This document shows, piece by piece, positions 47,433 through 56,398 of a DNA stretch of 64,000 bases (positions are counted from its first letter, which is position 1; every line of letters begins with the position of its first letter). A program made the position numbers and the translations under genes. Below the pieces are notes generated by a model. The model made no database searches. It worked only from the letters and a program-made list of their open reading frames with translations, and was not told the origin of the DNA. Origin of the DNA: an uncultured Roseobacter sp. GTDB lineage: Bacteria > Pseudomonadota > Alphaproteobacteria > Rhodobacterales > Rhodobacteraceae. The stretch is taken from NCBI GenBank assembly GCA_947501635.1, contig CANMWT010000008.1:163349-227348 (forward strand), written 5' to 3'.

Positions 47433-48275
47433 TCAGCGCACCACTCTGGTGGTGAGGTCACGTTCCCACTGGCCTGCTTTTCCAGACAATCTTCGTGCAA
47501 GATTGATCCGCACCGCCGTATTGACAGTCAGGTAGACCAGCACCGGCACCAGGTTCGAGGGTTGGCGCAGCACGCGTCCGATAATAGCCCCGGCACTGGC
47601 GCCATCCGGCTTGGGCAGCCCCATGACCTGAACCTCGCGGGCACCGCGCAAACTGCGGCACCTGACGTTAAAAAGGCTCGACAAGTCTAGCGGAGCACGC
47701 GCGACGAAACGGCAGTCTTTGACAAAGGCGGTTTCACCGGCGGGAAAGTACCGCCGGATGAACTCATCATCCGCGGTGATTTCAGGCAACGGGAAAACCA
47801 TCTGTGCGCCTTCTGCGGACAACGCGAAAAGACCTCCGAATTTCCCTCGGTCGAAATACGGATTTGTACGCCACCCCTTGTAGTAGGCACGCACCACAGA
47901 AGACGCTTCACTTGCTTGCACATCCATTTGACCGCAGGCGGCCCGCGCTGTGCCATGGCTCACCGGAGCTATGAGCGCCATCAGGGACTCCGCCGTCACG
48001 TCCAGATCCGCATCTAGGCAAATGACCGGCTTGCCCGGGTCCGCCTCTCTGTACCCCAGATTGAGCGCATTGCACTTGCCCGGCTTAGATGTCTCAAGCA
48101 CGACCGCCTCGGGCATGACGGATCGCGCCTTGGCGGCCGTGGCGTCAGAGCAGGCATTCGCAATCACAACGATCTGGAAATCGGAACAGGACATGCCTCG
48201 CGACAGATGCAAAAGCGTTCTTCCGATCGCCGCAACTTCGTTGTGTGCGGGAATGAGGATTGTAGCGAGGGTCAT
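47433..48275 (-). CDS. glycosyltransferase family 2
   Basis: ILIPAHNE...DADLDV motifs. ATGA overlap at 48272..48275. Confidence 0.8.
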   Translation of the reverse strand: MTLATILIPAHNEVAAIGRTLLHLSRGMSCSDFQIVVIANACSDATAAKARSVMPEAVVLETSKPGKCNALNLGYREADPGKPVICLDADLDVTAESLMALIAPVSHGTARAACGQMDVQASEASSVVRAYYKGWRTNPYFDRGKFGGLFALSAEGAQMVFPLPEITADDEFIRRYFPAGETAFVKDCRFVARAPLDLSSLFNVRCRSLRGAREVQVMGLPKPDGASAGAIIGRVLRQPSNLVPVLVYLTVNTAVRINLARRLSGKAGQWERDLTTRVVR

Positions 48276-48814
48276 GCCGCCTGGCGTCCGTTGGCAAGCG
48301 CGTTCACCTGCACAGGTGCCGTATCGTTCCACACGAAATCGCGGATCGTGTCGATCAGAGGGTCGAGTTCGGACGCCGTGTCGGCGGACGACATGCGCGG
48401 AATTTCAAAGTTTCGGGCGCGCGCAAGATCCAGCGCCTGATGCAAGGACTCGCCGTCCTCCACAATCGTGACGTTCGAAAGGCGCGCCATTTCCCGGGCC
48501 GTATCGCATTGGTGGTCATTGCGGTGTTCGCCGAATTTTGCCAGTCGCGGCATCAGGATCACCGGCAAGCCAAGCTCGGTCGCCGAAAGGATCGTTCCCA
48601 TACCCGCATGGCCCACAATCAACCGCGCCGCATTCATATGGTCGCGAAATTCAGATTGGCTTAGCTGCGAAACAGCGTGGATGTTTGCAAACCGGCTGCT
48701 GCTTGCACCCGCTTGCGCGACAATGTTGACGTCCTGATTGCGCGCCGCCCAGCTATCCATGCCGCGCAGCAACCGGTCAAACGGCAATTGGGTTCCAACA
48801 GTTGTGAAAATCAT
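48272..48814 (-). CDS. Alg13-like glycosyltransferase subunit (PssE/Cps14G type, GT28 C-terminal domain)
   Basis: MIFTTVGTQLPFDRL...GHAGMGTI motifs. AGAGGAA lies upstream. Confidence 0.8.
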   Translation of the reverse strand: MIFTTVGTQLPFDRLLRGMDSWAARNQDVNIVAQAGASSSRFANIHAVSQLSQSEFRDHMNAARLIVGHAGMGTILSATELGLPVILMPRLAKFGEHRNDHQCDTAREMARLSNVTIVEDGESLHQALDLARARNFEIPRMSSADTASELDPLIDTIRDFVWNDTAPVQVNALANGRQAA

Positions 48815-48842
48815 GTCATGTTCCTCTGCTTGGCTAACGGAT

Positions 48843-49310
48843 TCAGATGACCGCGCCGCGGTACTCGGCGCCGGTCAGTGCGGCGACACCGGGCCATTGC
48901 GACAGCACACGGTCGGCAACACCAAGCGACAGGCGCGCAGAAATCGACAGCTCGCGCGCATTGGCAATGGAATCGATAAACATCGTGCGGGCCCCGATCA
49001 GCCGCGCGATCCGGATCGCAAGAAACCCGCCCGCCGCACCGGTAGAAACAACCACATCCGGACGCAGCCAGAGGACGATCCATGACAGACGCAAAACGCA
49101 CAAGATCAACCGGAGTGGAGTGTCTTTGTTGGCGTCCGGGTAGACGTGCAGGTTTGACGAGCAGACCCGTCCGCTGGCCGTCGCATCGGTCGTTGCAAAG
49201 TGCACATCAGCGCCTGAAAACGCAGGGGCAAGCCGTTGCATCTGCACCCAGTGACCGCCTCCTGACGATACGGCGAGGACGACGGGGCGTGTTCTGTTTT
49301 GTCCGAGCAT
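48843..49310 (-). CDS. Alg14-like glycosyltransferase membrane subunit (PssD/Cps14F type)
   Basis: The SSGGGHWVQM...STGAAGG pattern is present. Paired with the Alg13-like gene. Confidence 0.75.
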   Translation of the reverse strand: MLGQNRTRPVVLAVSSGGGHWVQMQRLAPAFSGADVHFATTDATASGRVCSSNLHVYPDANKDTPLRLILCVLRLSWIVLWLRPDVVVSTGAAGGFLAIRIARLIGARTMFIDSIANARELSISARLSLGVADRVLSQWPGVAALTGAEYRGAVI

Positions 49311-49396
49311 GATGATGATCCTGTCAGCTTTGTTTGGTTACAGCCAAAGGACTAACCCGGATCAACGCATTGATGTTACTGCGTAAAAGGGTGCTT

Positions 49397-50659
49397 TCAG
49401 GACACTATCGGAGTAGTGATACTAACCTTTTGGATAGATGCGGGAACCGAAGGATATTCAAGAATATCATTGTAGAGCGCCAGCAACGCATCTGCTTTCG
49501 ACGCCCAAAGGCCTTCACGCAAAACTTTGGCACGCGCGCCGCCGCCGAGCCGCGTTCTAAGCGCTGGCGCGCCCGCAAATCGGCGTAGTGCAGTGCTGAT
49601 ATCGCCCGCGAACCGCGTTGGTTCTGTCACGGGGATACGAAGGCCACAAGAGGCATCAATAATGCTCGCAGGGCCGCCACGGTCAGCTGCAATAACGGGC
49701 AGACCGTGCCGCATGGCCTCATACAGCACGCCGCCTGCAGGTTCACGAAATGACGGGAAACAAAACACATCATGTGACGCATAAAGCTGTTCGACCTCAG
49801 CGCGACTGACTTTGCCTTTAAACGTGACGCGATCTGCCACGCCTAACCGCTGCGCTTCTGCACGGCAAATCTCGATCTCTTCGCCCGCGCCTGCGCTGGT
49901 CAGGGTCACACCTGGTAAATCCTTTAGCTCTGCCATCGCCCGGATCGTATCCCTCAGGCCCTTGGTGCGAACACCACGCCCCACATGCAGGACGCGCATG
50001 TGGCCGTCGTGTACTGTCCGAGGGGTGACCTGTTCGACATCGTCAATCCCCAGTTCAAGCACAGATTCAAACCTACGCAATGGAGTGTCTGACAGGATGT
50101 CTTGGACATACGGGGCAACGCCAAGAATGCAGGCCGCACGTGAATAAGAGCTGCGCAGCAACGGATCATGCCGGAACCGGTAGCGATCAAGGGCGCGCAG
50201 CCGCGTGAAAAATGGCGCGCTCGCGGCTTCACCGCGAAACGCCTCTGGTGTATCGAGCGCACCGCCCAATGGGCCAATGATATAGGGGACATCAAAATGG
50301 CGCAGGGGTGACGCATAGCGTGCCGCCTGAGGCATCAATTGATGAGCGATATCAAATTCTTCGCCAGCGCCGATTGCTGACCTCATCCATACCCGCACAT
50401 GGCAGGAAAACACCGGCCACGCCGGTTTTAGCATAGCATTCAAACGCTCATTTTTGCGCGCCCAAGCAGGCTCGGGCCACGTCACAACACGCGCGTTTGG
50501 CAGTTGTCCGGCAAGATCGGGCCTGCCACAGCGCTGGAACGCCAATACGGTCACATCCGCAATACGCGAGAGCGCATCAGCCCATTTAAAAGCAACAAAT
50601 GCCTCGCCCACGTCGGTCGCATCGATATTGGGCGCGATCAGAAGAACCTTCATACTCAT
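49397..50659 (-). CDS. glycosyltransferase family 4 (GT-B, group 1)
   Basis: C-terminal FCFPSFREPAGGVLYEAM motif (E-x7-E-like). Start at 50659 (ATGA overlap) or 50653. Confidence 0.8.
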   Translation of the reverse strand: MSMKVLLIAPNIDATDVGEAFVAFKWADALSRIADVTVLAFQRCGRPDLAGQLPNARVVTWPEPAWARKNERLNAMLKPAWPVFSCHVRVWMRSAIGAGEEFDIAHQLMPQAARYASPLRHFDVPYIIGPLGGALDTPEAFRGEAASAPFFTRLRALDRYRFRHDPLLRSSYSRAACILGVAPYVQDILSDTPLRRFESVLELGIDDVEQVTPRTVHDGHMRVLHVGRGVRTKGLRDTIRAMAELKDLPGVTLTSAGAGEEIEICRAEAQRLGVADRVTFKGKVSRAEVEQLYASHDVFCFPSFREPAGGVLYEAMRHGLPVIAADRGGPASIIDASCGLRIPVTEPTRFAGDISTALRRFAGAPALRTRLGGGARAKVLREGLWASKADALLALYNDILEYPSVPASIQKVSITTPIVS

Positions 50660-51591
50660 ATCCCCCGCTGCGCCGTGCTGCCCGGCCATGCCTTGTGCAG
50701 GTTTGCAGAGACTTTGCCGAAATGGCACGCGCGCGCGGCAGCCCCCGGACGGTTGAATAGAGTTGAAAGCGACCAGAACGCCGCGCGTGAAACATTATGA
50801 GACATCAGCAGGACATAACACAGGATTCCTGCACCAAGCCCACCATGTTTAAGGTGCAACCGCGTCGTGCCTTCCGTCATCAAAACATCCCGTTTGTGGT
50901 TCAGCTTTCTGGCAGAGCCATTTCCAAAATGGGTGATCTCGGGGATGGGGGCGAACACAATATCCCACCCCGCACCGGCAAAACGGCGGCACCAGTCGGT
51001 TTCCTCGCCATAGAAAAAGAAAGCTTCGTCCAGCAGCCCAACCTTTTGCATCGCTGAGGCACGGATAAACATCGCAGCCCCGGAAATGATATCGACATGG
51101 CGTTCAGAAGACCGATCCCATCCGGTCATCCGGTAGCCATCAAAACGACGGATGCGCGTCAACCCAAAGGTCTGCATCGCCAGATACCCAAGCGAAGGAA
51201 ACGCGCTGCACGAGGCCTGTACAGTGCCGTCTGTGTTCAGCAATTTTGGTCCCATGATGCCGCAGTCAGGGTTTTGATCCAGCCATGCGACGGCATCGGG
51301 CAGCACTGTGCTATGCACCAGCGTGTCGGTGTTCAGCAACATCACATAGCGCCCCGTCGCTTGACGCAGTGCCACGTTGTTCCCGCCTGCAAACCCTAGG
51401 TTTGACCCACTTTTCATCAACACTACATCCGGGAATTCAGCGGTGACCATATCACAGGAGCCATCGGAAGAAGCGTTATCCACTACCAGCACTTCGGCCT
51501 TCAGGTTTCCCAATCCCGCGCGCACGGAACTCAGGCAATCGCGCAGCAATTCCTGCGTGTTCCAGTTAACAATGACAATCGAAAGATCCAT
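50656..51591 (-). CDS. glycosyltransferase family 2
   Basis: MDLSIVIVNWNTQELL...VDNASSDGS motifs. AAGGAAA lies upstream of ATG 51591. The track's extension to 51828 is spurious. Confidence 0.85.
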   Translation of the reverse strand: MDLSIVIVNWNTQELLRDCLSSVRAGLGNLKAEVLVVDNASSDGSCDMVTAEFPDVVLMKSGSNLGFAGGNNVALRQATGRYVMLLNTDTLVHSTVLPDAVAWLDQNPDCGIMGPKLLNTDGTVQASCSAFPSLGYLAMQTFGLTRIRRFDGYRMTGWDRSSERHVDIISGAAMFIRASAMQKVGLLDEAFFFYGEETDWCRRFAGAGWDIVFAPIPEITHFGNGSARKLNHKRDVLMTEGTTRLHLKHGGLGAGILCYVLLMSHNVSRAAFWSLSTLFNRPGAAARACHFGKVSANLHKAWPGSTAQRGI

Positions 51592-51614
51592 GGGATTTCC
51601 TTCACTCGGTAAGG

Positions 51615-52925
51615 TCAGAACAGGCGTGCTGCAGGTCTGAGGGTTGGCATCGGGGAGGGTCGCGCGGGGCGGCGGCCTTTGCGTTGGGGCTGTGCGTCCA
51701 GCAACCAGGCCCCCGCACCGATCAAAAACAGAAACAGGACAAAAAGCGCGTTCCACAGGTGCACAGTGGCGGCCGCCACGGTGATCCCGAACAGCGTAAA
51801 TGCCCATGCGTGACGCGCGCGTCGCCATTCAGCCGGCAGGTTTTTGCGCTGACCGACAGTCCAGACCAGCCCAAGCAGCAACGCCAGCAACAGGAGAAGA
51901 GCAGGCAGACCGTATCTGACGGCCGTGACCAGCCAGAAGTTATCCATGCTGTCAGACATCCAGACGGGCCGTTCCCAATCACCAAGCCCGATGCCAAAAA
52001 TCGGATAGCGGGCGACCTCGGCACTGCCAAATTCGAAAATCAGGATGCGGTTGTAAGCGGACTGTTTGGAGAAGGTGAAATTATTCACAAAAACATGGAA
52101 CGGCGTCTTCGACGAAAAGAGATCTATCGCGATGTAAGCCATTGCAAAAAGGGTAAAAAGCGCGGCCCACCTGCCCTGCACCGTGCCAAGAACACGTTCC
52201 CAAGCGCACACAAAGCCCTGCATCATCAGCACCAGATAAGGTCCGCCCGACGCGGACATGAACGTGGCAAGTACAACGCACGCGACCTTTCCCATGCCTG
52301 ACAAGTTCATCAACTGACGTTTCGCAATCACGAAATAGGCAAGCGAGAACGACGAGGCAGAAAACACACCATAAAGGATCGGGTGGTCGAAGGGGCCAAA
52401 GGTGCGCTCGATCCCCATGCGCGGCTCAATATAGGGCGCCATCGGCCCGCCCACAGCGCCCGATATGCCATCGTGCAAAATGTGAACGCCAGTCAATGCT
52501 TCGGGGATGGTAAAGACAAGCATGGCCAGAACCAATCCGACGTAGGCACGTGCCATAGCTGCAAAGTCGTCGTAAGACCGGATGTAAAGGCGGCCCAAAA
52601 GGTACGCGCCGGCAAACTCGACGATATAAATACCACCCGATTCAATACCTTGCGCCACGCCACCCCAATTCATCAAAGCCAAAAGCGCCCATCCGCAATG
52701 CGCCAGAACCAGAAGATCGAAGACATGCGCCCGCCCGCGCTTGCCGGTCAAAAGGTCCAACAGCATCGGCAGGATCATAATGAGCAGCACGACCCGATAC
52801 GCAGAAAGCCGCAGCCCACCCAGATTAAGCGAAACAGCCGTCGGCAGCATCATCGCGATGAAGAACAGCGCGACGGGGACGGGAACGCCAACGACGGTTT
52901 TCGATGCGGTGCGGGACTGTGCCAT
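51615..52925 (-). CDS. O-antigen ligase/polymerase-like membrane protein (Wzy candidate)
   Basis: 436 aa with at least 10 TM helices and a large loop. Its position in a Wzx/Wzy cluster supports the call. Confidence 0.65.
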   Translation of the reverse strand: MAQSRTASKTVVGVPVPVALFFIAMMLPTAVSLNLGGLRLSAYRVVLLIMILPMLLDLLTGKRGRAHVFDLLVLAHCGWALLALMNWGGVAQGIESGGIYIVEFAGAYLLGRLYIRSYDDFAAMARAYVGLVLAMLVFTIPEALTGVHILHDGISGAVGGPMAPYIEPRMGIERTFGPFDHPILYGVFSASSFSLAYFVIAKRQLMNLSGMGKVACVVLATFMSASGGPYLVLMMQGFVCAWERVLGTVQGRWAALFTLFAMAYIAIDLFSSKTPFHVFVNNFTFSKQSAYNRILIFEFGSAEVARYPIFGIGLGDWERPVWMSDSMDNFWLVTAVRYGLPALLLLLALLLGLVWTVGQRKNLPAEWRRARHAWAFTLFGITVAAATVHLWNALFVLFLFLIGAGAWLLDAQPQRKGRRPARPSPMPTLRPAARLF

Positions 52926-52928
52926 TTT

Positions 52929-53903
52929 CTATACCATCGCCCGCCGCGCGCGCAGGCCCGGCCGCTCTACCAGATGCCAGCTCAGATAGGCCAAGGGGAT
53001 CGTAAAAAGGACAGTCAGTACAGCCAGCTCTACAGGTGACACTCCGGGCGTAAGATGCACAATCGCCTGAGACACCGGCCAGCCGTAAATATAGAGCCCG
53101 TAAGACGGGTCACCGCGCAGGTTCACCACTGGAACTTGCGACATGATTATGAGTGCGATCAGACCCACGGGACCAACTGCGAGTTGCCACGGCAGTAGGA
53201 TCGCCGGACACAAAATCACAAAAGCCACACGGAAATTCAGACTGATTTTTACGCGAAAAACATAGGCCGCCATGCCAAAAGAAAATGCCGCAAAAAGCGG
53301 CGCAAAGACACCGGCACGTCCGGGGATAGCATCGTGCAGCAGCGCCCCCGAAATGGACACTATGAGAAGGGCAGCGACCGCCGCCTTGCGCGTGCCAAAG
53401 ACCCGGATCAAGCAGGCGCATATTCCATAGGCTAAGACCTCGTAGAAAAGGCTCCAGAGCGGGCCGTTGACGACTTCGGGGAATGGATTGCCCGCAAAAG
53501 CACTCGGCAGACGATGCTCGATCGACACCAGAGACAAGGCACGCAGATACCAGACCGCCATCTCAGCAAAGCTCGCAACCGCGCCACTGGCCAAGGCGAT
53601 GGCAAGCGTGACCAACAAGGCGACGCTGAGCCCGGGCAGTATTCTGCGCGCCCGGGCCGCCCAGAAACGCGCCGTGCCGCTGCGTTCTGCACTGCCTGCA
53701 ATCAGCAGACCGGACAAAAAGAAAAACAGCCCCACGGCCCATCCGCCAAGCGACCGACCCGTTAGTTCTTCAAGCGGCTCAGACGTGCCGGGCCCCTGCG
53801 CAAGCGGCCACGCGTGGCTGACGATCACCGACACCGCCAGCAACACCCGCAGCACGTCAAGGTTACTGCTGCGATCAGACCGCAGTGCATCCCCAAGCGT
53901 CAC
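52929..53903 (-). CDS. acyltransferase family 3 (polysaccharide O-acetyltransferase candidate)
   Basis: The NLDVLRVLLAVSVIVSHAWP N-terminus and multi-TM body fit the family. GTG 53903 is in a GTGA overlap with the upstream stop. The track uses GTG 53936. Confidence 0.75.
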   Translation of the reverse strand: MTLGDALRSDRSSNLDVLRVLLAVSVIVSHAWPLAQGPGTSEPLEELTGRSLGGWAVGLFFFLSGLLIAGSAERSGTARFWAARARRILPGLSVALLVTLAIALASGAVASFAEMAVWYLRALSLVSIEHRLPSAFAGNPFPEVVNGPLWSLFYEVLAYGICACLIRVFGTRKAAVAALLIVSISGALLHDAIPGRAGVFAPLFAAFSFGMAAYVFRVKISLNFRVAFVILCPAILLPWQLAVGPVGLIALIIMSQVPVVNLRGDPSYGLYIYGWPVSQAIVHLTPGVSPVELAVLTVLFTIPLAYLSWHLVERPGLRARRAMV

Positions 53904-55159
53904 TGGCCACGCCCCGCAATGACGACGGGACGCCACAGTTTTTCACGCAAGACCCGTTTCCATGTGCCAAGGATTGATTGGCCCTTTTGCTTGACCGACA
54001 GCTTCAACCACAGCTTGAAAATCTGTTGGCCGCGGTCGGCAGGAGCAGTCATCCCCAACGCACGCATGGCCAAGCGGCGCCCCCAAACGGCACCATGCGT
54101 GGCGCTCAGGTTGGGTTGCGCGCGTGCGATGACATCCCGCGGCCGGGCTTCTGCCACAAGAACACCTGCGGCGATGGCCGCTTCAACAAATGCACGCCCA
54201 CGTGCGGTACGCGCCACAATCAGCGAGCGCCCTGCGTCAACGTCACCGTTGGGCGGCGCATGCCACGGGTCACCTACCGAGATGTCGGCAAAAGCACCTG
54301 TATGATCGGCACAAACCCGGCAACGCCAACGGCGACTGGATTGTAAGATGCTGCCCCAACCTTCTGCGTAGGAAATTCCTTGGCTCAGAGATCGGAAGCC
54401 GTCACTATTTTCCCATTCTGCCTGCATCAAACCTGGCCAGCCTTGCCCACGATACCGCAAGTCCGTCAGACGGGCATCTTTCGGCACACCGAGGTGGTCC
54501 AGAAGGCTTTGCGTTGCGACCAGATTGGGCGCACCCGCACAGAAGATCGCAATCGTCAGCGGAATATTGGCGGCCAATTGTGGGTCCATCTGCATAGATT
54601 TAGCCACGGAGGCCACATCGCAGGGCTTGCCCACGAAAGCTATTTGTTCGTTTCCCTGCGCAATCTCACCCATCGTCTCCGCCGGGCTTGCCTGCGCATA
54701 GCGCGACCCTGCCCCACGCATCAAACCCACCGCATCACGGCTGATGACGGCTTGGTTCAGGCGCGGATCATCGGCTTTGGCCGCCACATGGGCCACGCCC
54801 GACGCGACACCACTTACCAGCGCGAATTGCGACAAGGCGGTGACCGCACCGCCGGATGACCCGCGATGCCTGACATCAGCGTCACCTGCCCAGCCTTCCC
54901 ACGTGGCAAGCACAGGCCCCCATGCCTCATCGATCTCGTCCTGCAAGGACAGGCTGGCCCAATCTGTGCCACCGCCTGCACAATAGTCTGCTGCCTTAAT
55001 CGCTGCACGCCGGCCTTCGACGCTGGCCTCAACCACGGGGCGGCGTCCTTGCTCGGGATCCTCCACCATCGTGATAAAGTCGGGAAAGGCACCCGCACAG
55101 CCGCCACAACCGGTGCAGAGATTGCAGGCGACAATTTTTGAGATCGGGTCCGTGGTCAT
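53900..55159 (-). CDS. coenzyme F420 hydrogenase/dehydrogenase beta-subunit-like (FrhB family) Fe-S protein
   Basis: N-terminal cysteine cluster CNLCTGCGGC and an FrhB-like body. ATGA overlap at 55156..55159. Confidence 0.7.
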   Translation of the reverse strand: MTTDPISKIVACNLCTGCGGCAGAFPDFITMVEDPEQGRRPVVEASVEGRRAAIKAADYCAGGGTDWASLSLQDEIDEAWGPVLATWEGWAGDADVRHRGSSGGAVTALSQFALVSGVASGVAHVAAKADDPRLNQAVISRDAVGLMRGAGSRYAQASPAETMGEIAQGNEQIAFVGKPCDVASVAKSMQMDPQLAANIPLTIAIFCAGAPNLVATQSLLDHLGVPKDARLTDLRYRGQGWPGLMQAEWENSDGFRSLSQGISYAEGWGSILQSSRRWRCRVCADHTGAFADISVGDPWHAPPNGDVDAGRSLIVARTARGRAFVEAAIAAGVLVAEARPRDVIARAQPNLSATHGAVWGRRLAMRALGMTAPADRGQQIFKLWLKLSVKQKGQSILGTWKRVLREKLWRPVVIAGRGQ

Positions 55160-56394
55160 GCCAAAGCCTCCTTCATATCAACTCTTTGCGTGTGTGTTTG
55201 CGCCAGTTGCCATGCACGCAGCGTGGCGCCGGCCTCACCAAGGGCTGCAGCAGCGGCAATGGTGGCGAGTGGCCAACCCAAGGCTGCAAACCAAGCCGCA
55301 GGCAGCAAGGCGAAGGCGCGCACGAGGTTGGCACGTGCAGGATCGCCCGTACGGCCCGTTGCGATTGCAAGTTGCGAATAAGGCGTGCGCAAAATCCGGA
55401 AACCTGCGGCAACGCCAAGCGCCAGTGCCAACGTCCCGCTTGGTTTGAATGTGGTACCATAGGCGACCTCGATCACAGCCGGTGCCAACAAAGCAAAACC
55501 GCCAACCATGCAACCTGCGAGAATGACGTGATAGCTGACGACCGGCGGCCAGACTTCGGCCAGACGGTTTACACGCAACGCTTCGCGCAAACGCGGCAAT
55601 ACCAGTGTGGCCGCAGCCCGCCCGACGATCTGAGCGGGCAAAAGCGCCACCTGCAACGCCGCACCATAAAGCGCAAGCGTCGCCCAGTCATACGCCCCCG
55701 CCACGATCACACGGTCGGCGTAGAAGGTGAAAAACAACAGGATAGCATTCAGGATCAAGGGCGCGCCGAAACGCCACGCGCGCGCCACGGCAGACAGGTC
55801 AAAACATACGCGGTACCGGCGGTGGGCAACCAAGTGCGACAACGCGGTGAAGGCTGCCGCATGGGCAATCAGGGCTGCACACATGGCTCGGTGATCATTT
55901 GTCAACCATGCTGCAGGCAGCACGCAGATTGCCATCGCCAGCGTGGCACCCCCTTCGACCATCGCCATCCTGCCGTAGCTGCGGTGTCGTTCGGCCCGGC
56001 GGAAATCCAGATGCGCAAAACCGCGCAAGAGCGGCACCACAGCAAGCACCGCATAGGCGGCCACGTTGGGACCATCCGCAAAAATCCCGGCCAAAACCGG
56101 TGCCAAGCCAACAATCATAAGGCTGGTGATGAAACCGCGTGCGATCATCACCCCCTGCAGGTTCGATTGCAGGCGGGCTGCATTCCCGTCAGGCGCCTGC
56201 ACAATCAGCCGGTCAACGCCCACGTCGCTTGCCATCTCGACCAGCCGCACGGCCAGCGCCAGCATCATTGCCTTGCCCAACTCGTCAGGGCCCAGGGCCC
56301 AGGCAAAGGCAATGGACCGCCCCAGTGCAGCGGCCTCGGCGGCCACTGGCGTGGCCCAGGCCAGCGCCCGCCCAGACGAGAGAGGAGCGGTCAT
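55156..56394 (-). CDS. oligosaccharide flippase (Wzx / MOP superfamily)
   Basis: About 12 TM helices. Start set at ATG 56394, 4 nt after the upstream stop. Confidence 0.7.
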   Translation of the reverse strand: MTAPLSSGRALAWATPVAAEAAALGRSIAFAWALGPDELGKAMMLALAVRLVEMASDVGVDRLIVQAPDGNAARLQSNLQGVMIARGFITSLMIVGLAPVLAGIFADGPNVAAYAVLAVVPLLRGFAHLDFRRAERHRSYGRMAMVEGGATLAMAICVLPAAWLTNDHRAMCAALIAHAAAFTALSHLVAHRRYRVCFDLSAVARAWRFGAPLILNAILLFFTFYADRVIVAGAYDWATLALYGAALQVALLPAQIVGRAAATLVLPRLREALRVNRLAEVWPPVVSYHVILAGCMVGGFALLAPAVIEVAYGTTFKPSGTLALALGVAAGFRILRTPYSQLAIATGRTGDPARANLVRAFALLPAAWFAALGWPLATIAAAAALGEAGATLRAWQLAQTHTQRVDMKEALA

Positions 56395-56398
56395 CTGT

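Noticed and set aside
49361-49374. 5-4-5 dyad ATCAA-CGCA-TTGAT in the only sizeable internal gap of the EPS operon
   Set aside because: A dyad this short is expected many times by chance in 64 kb, and there is no second copy or other support.
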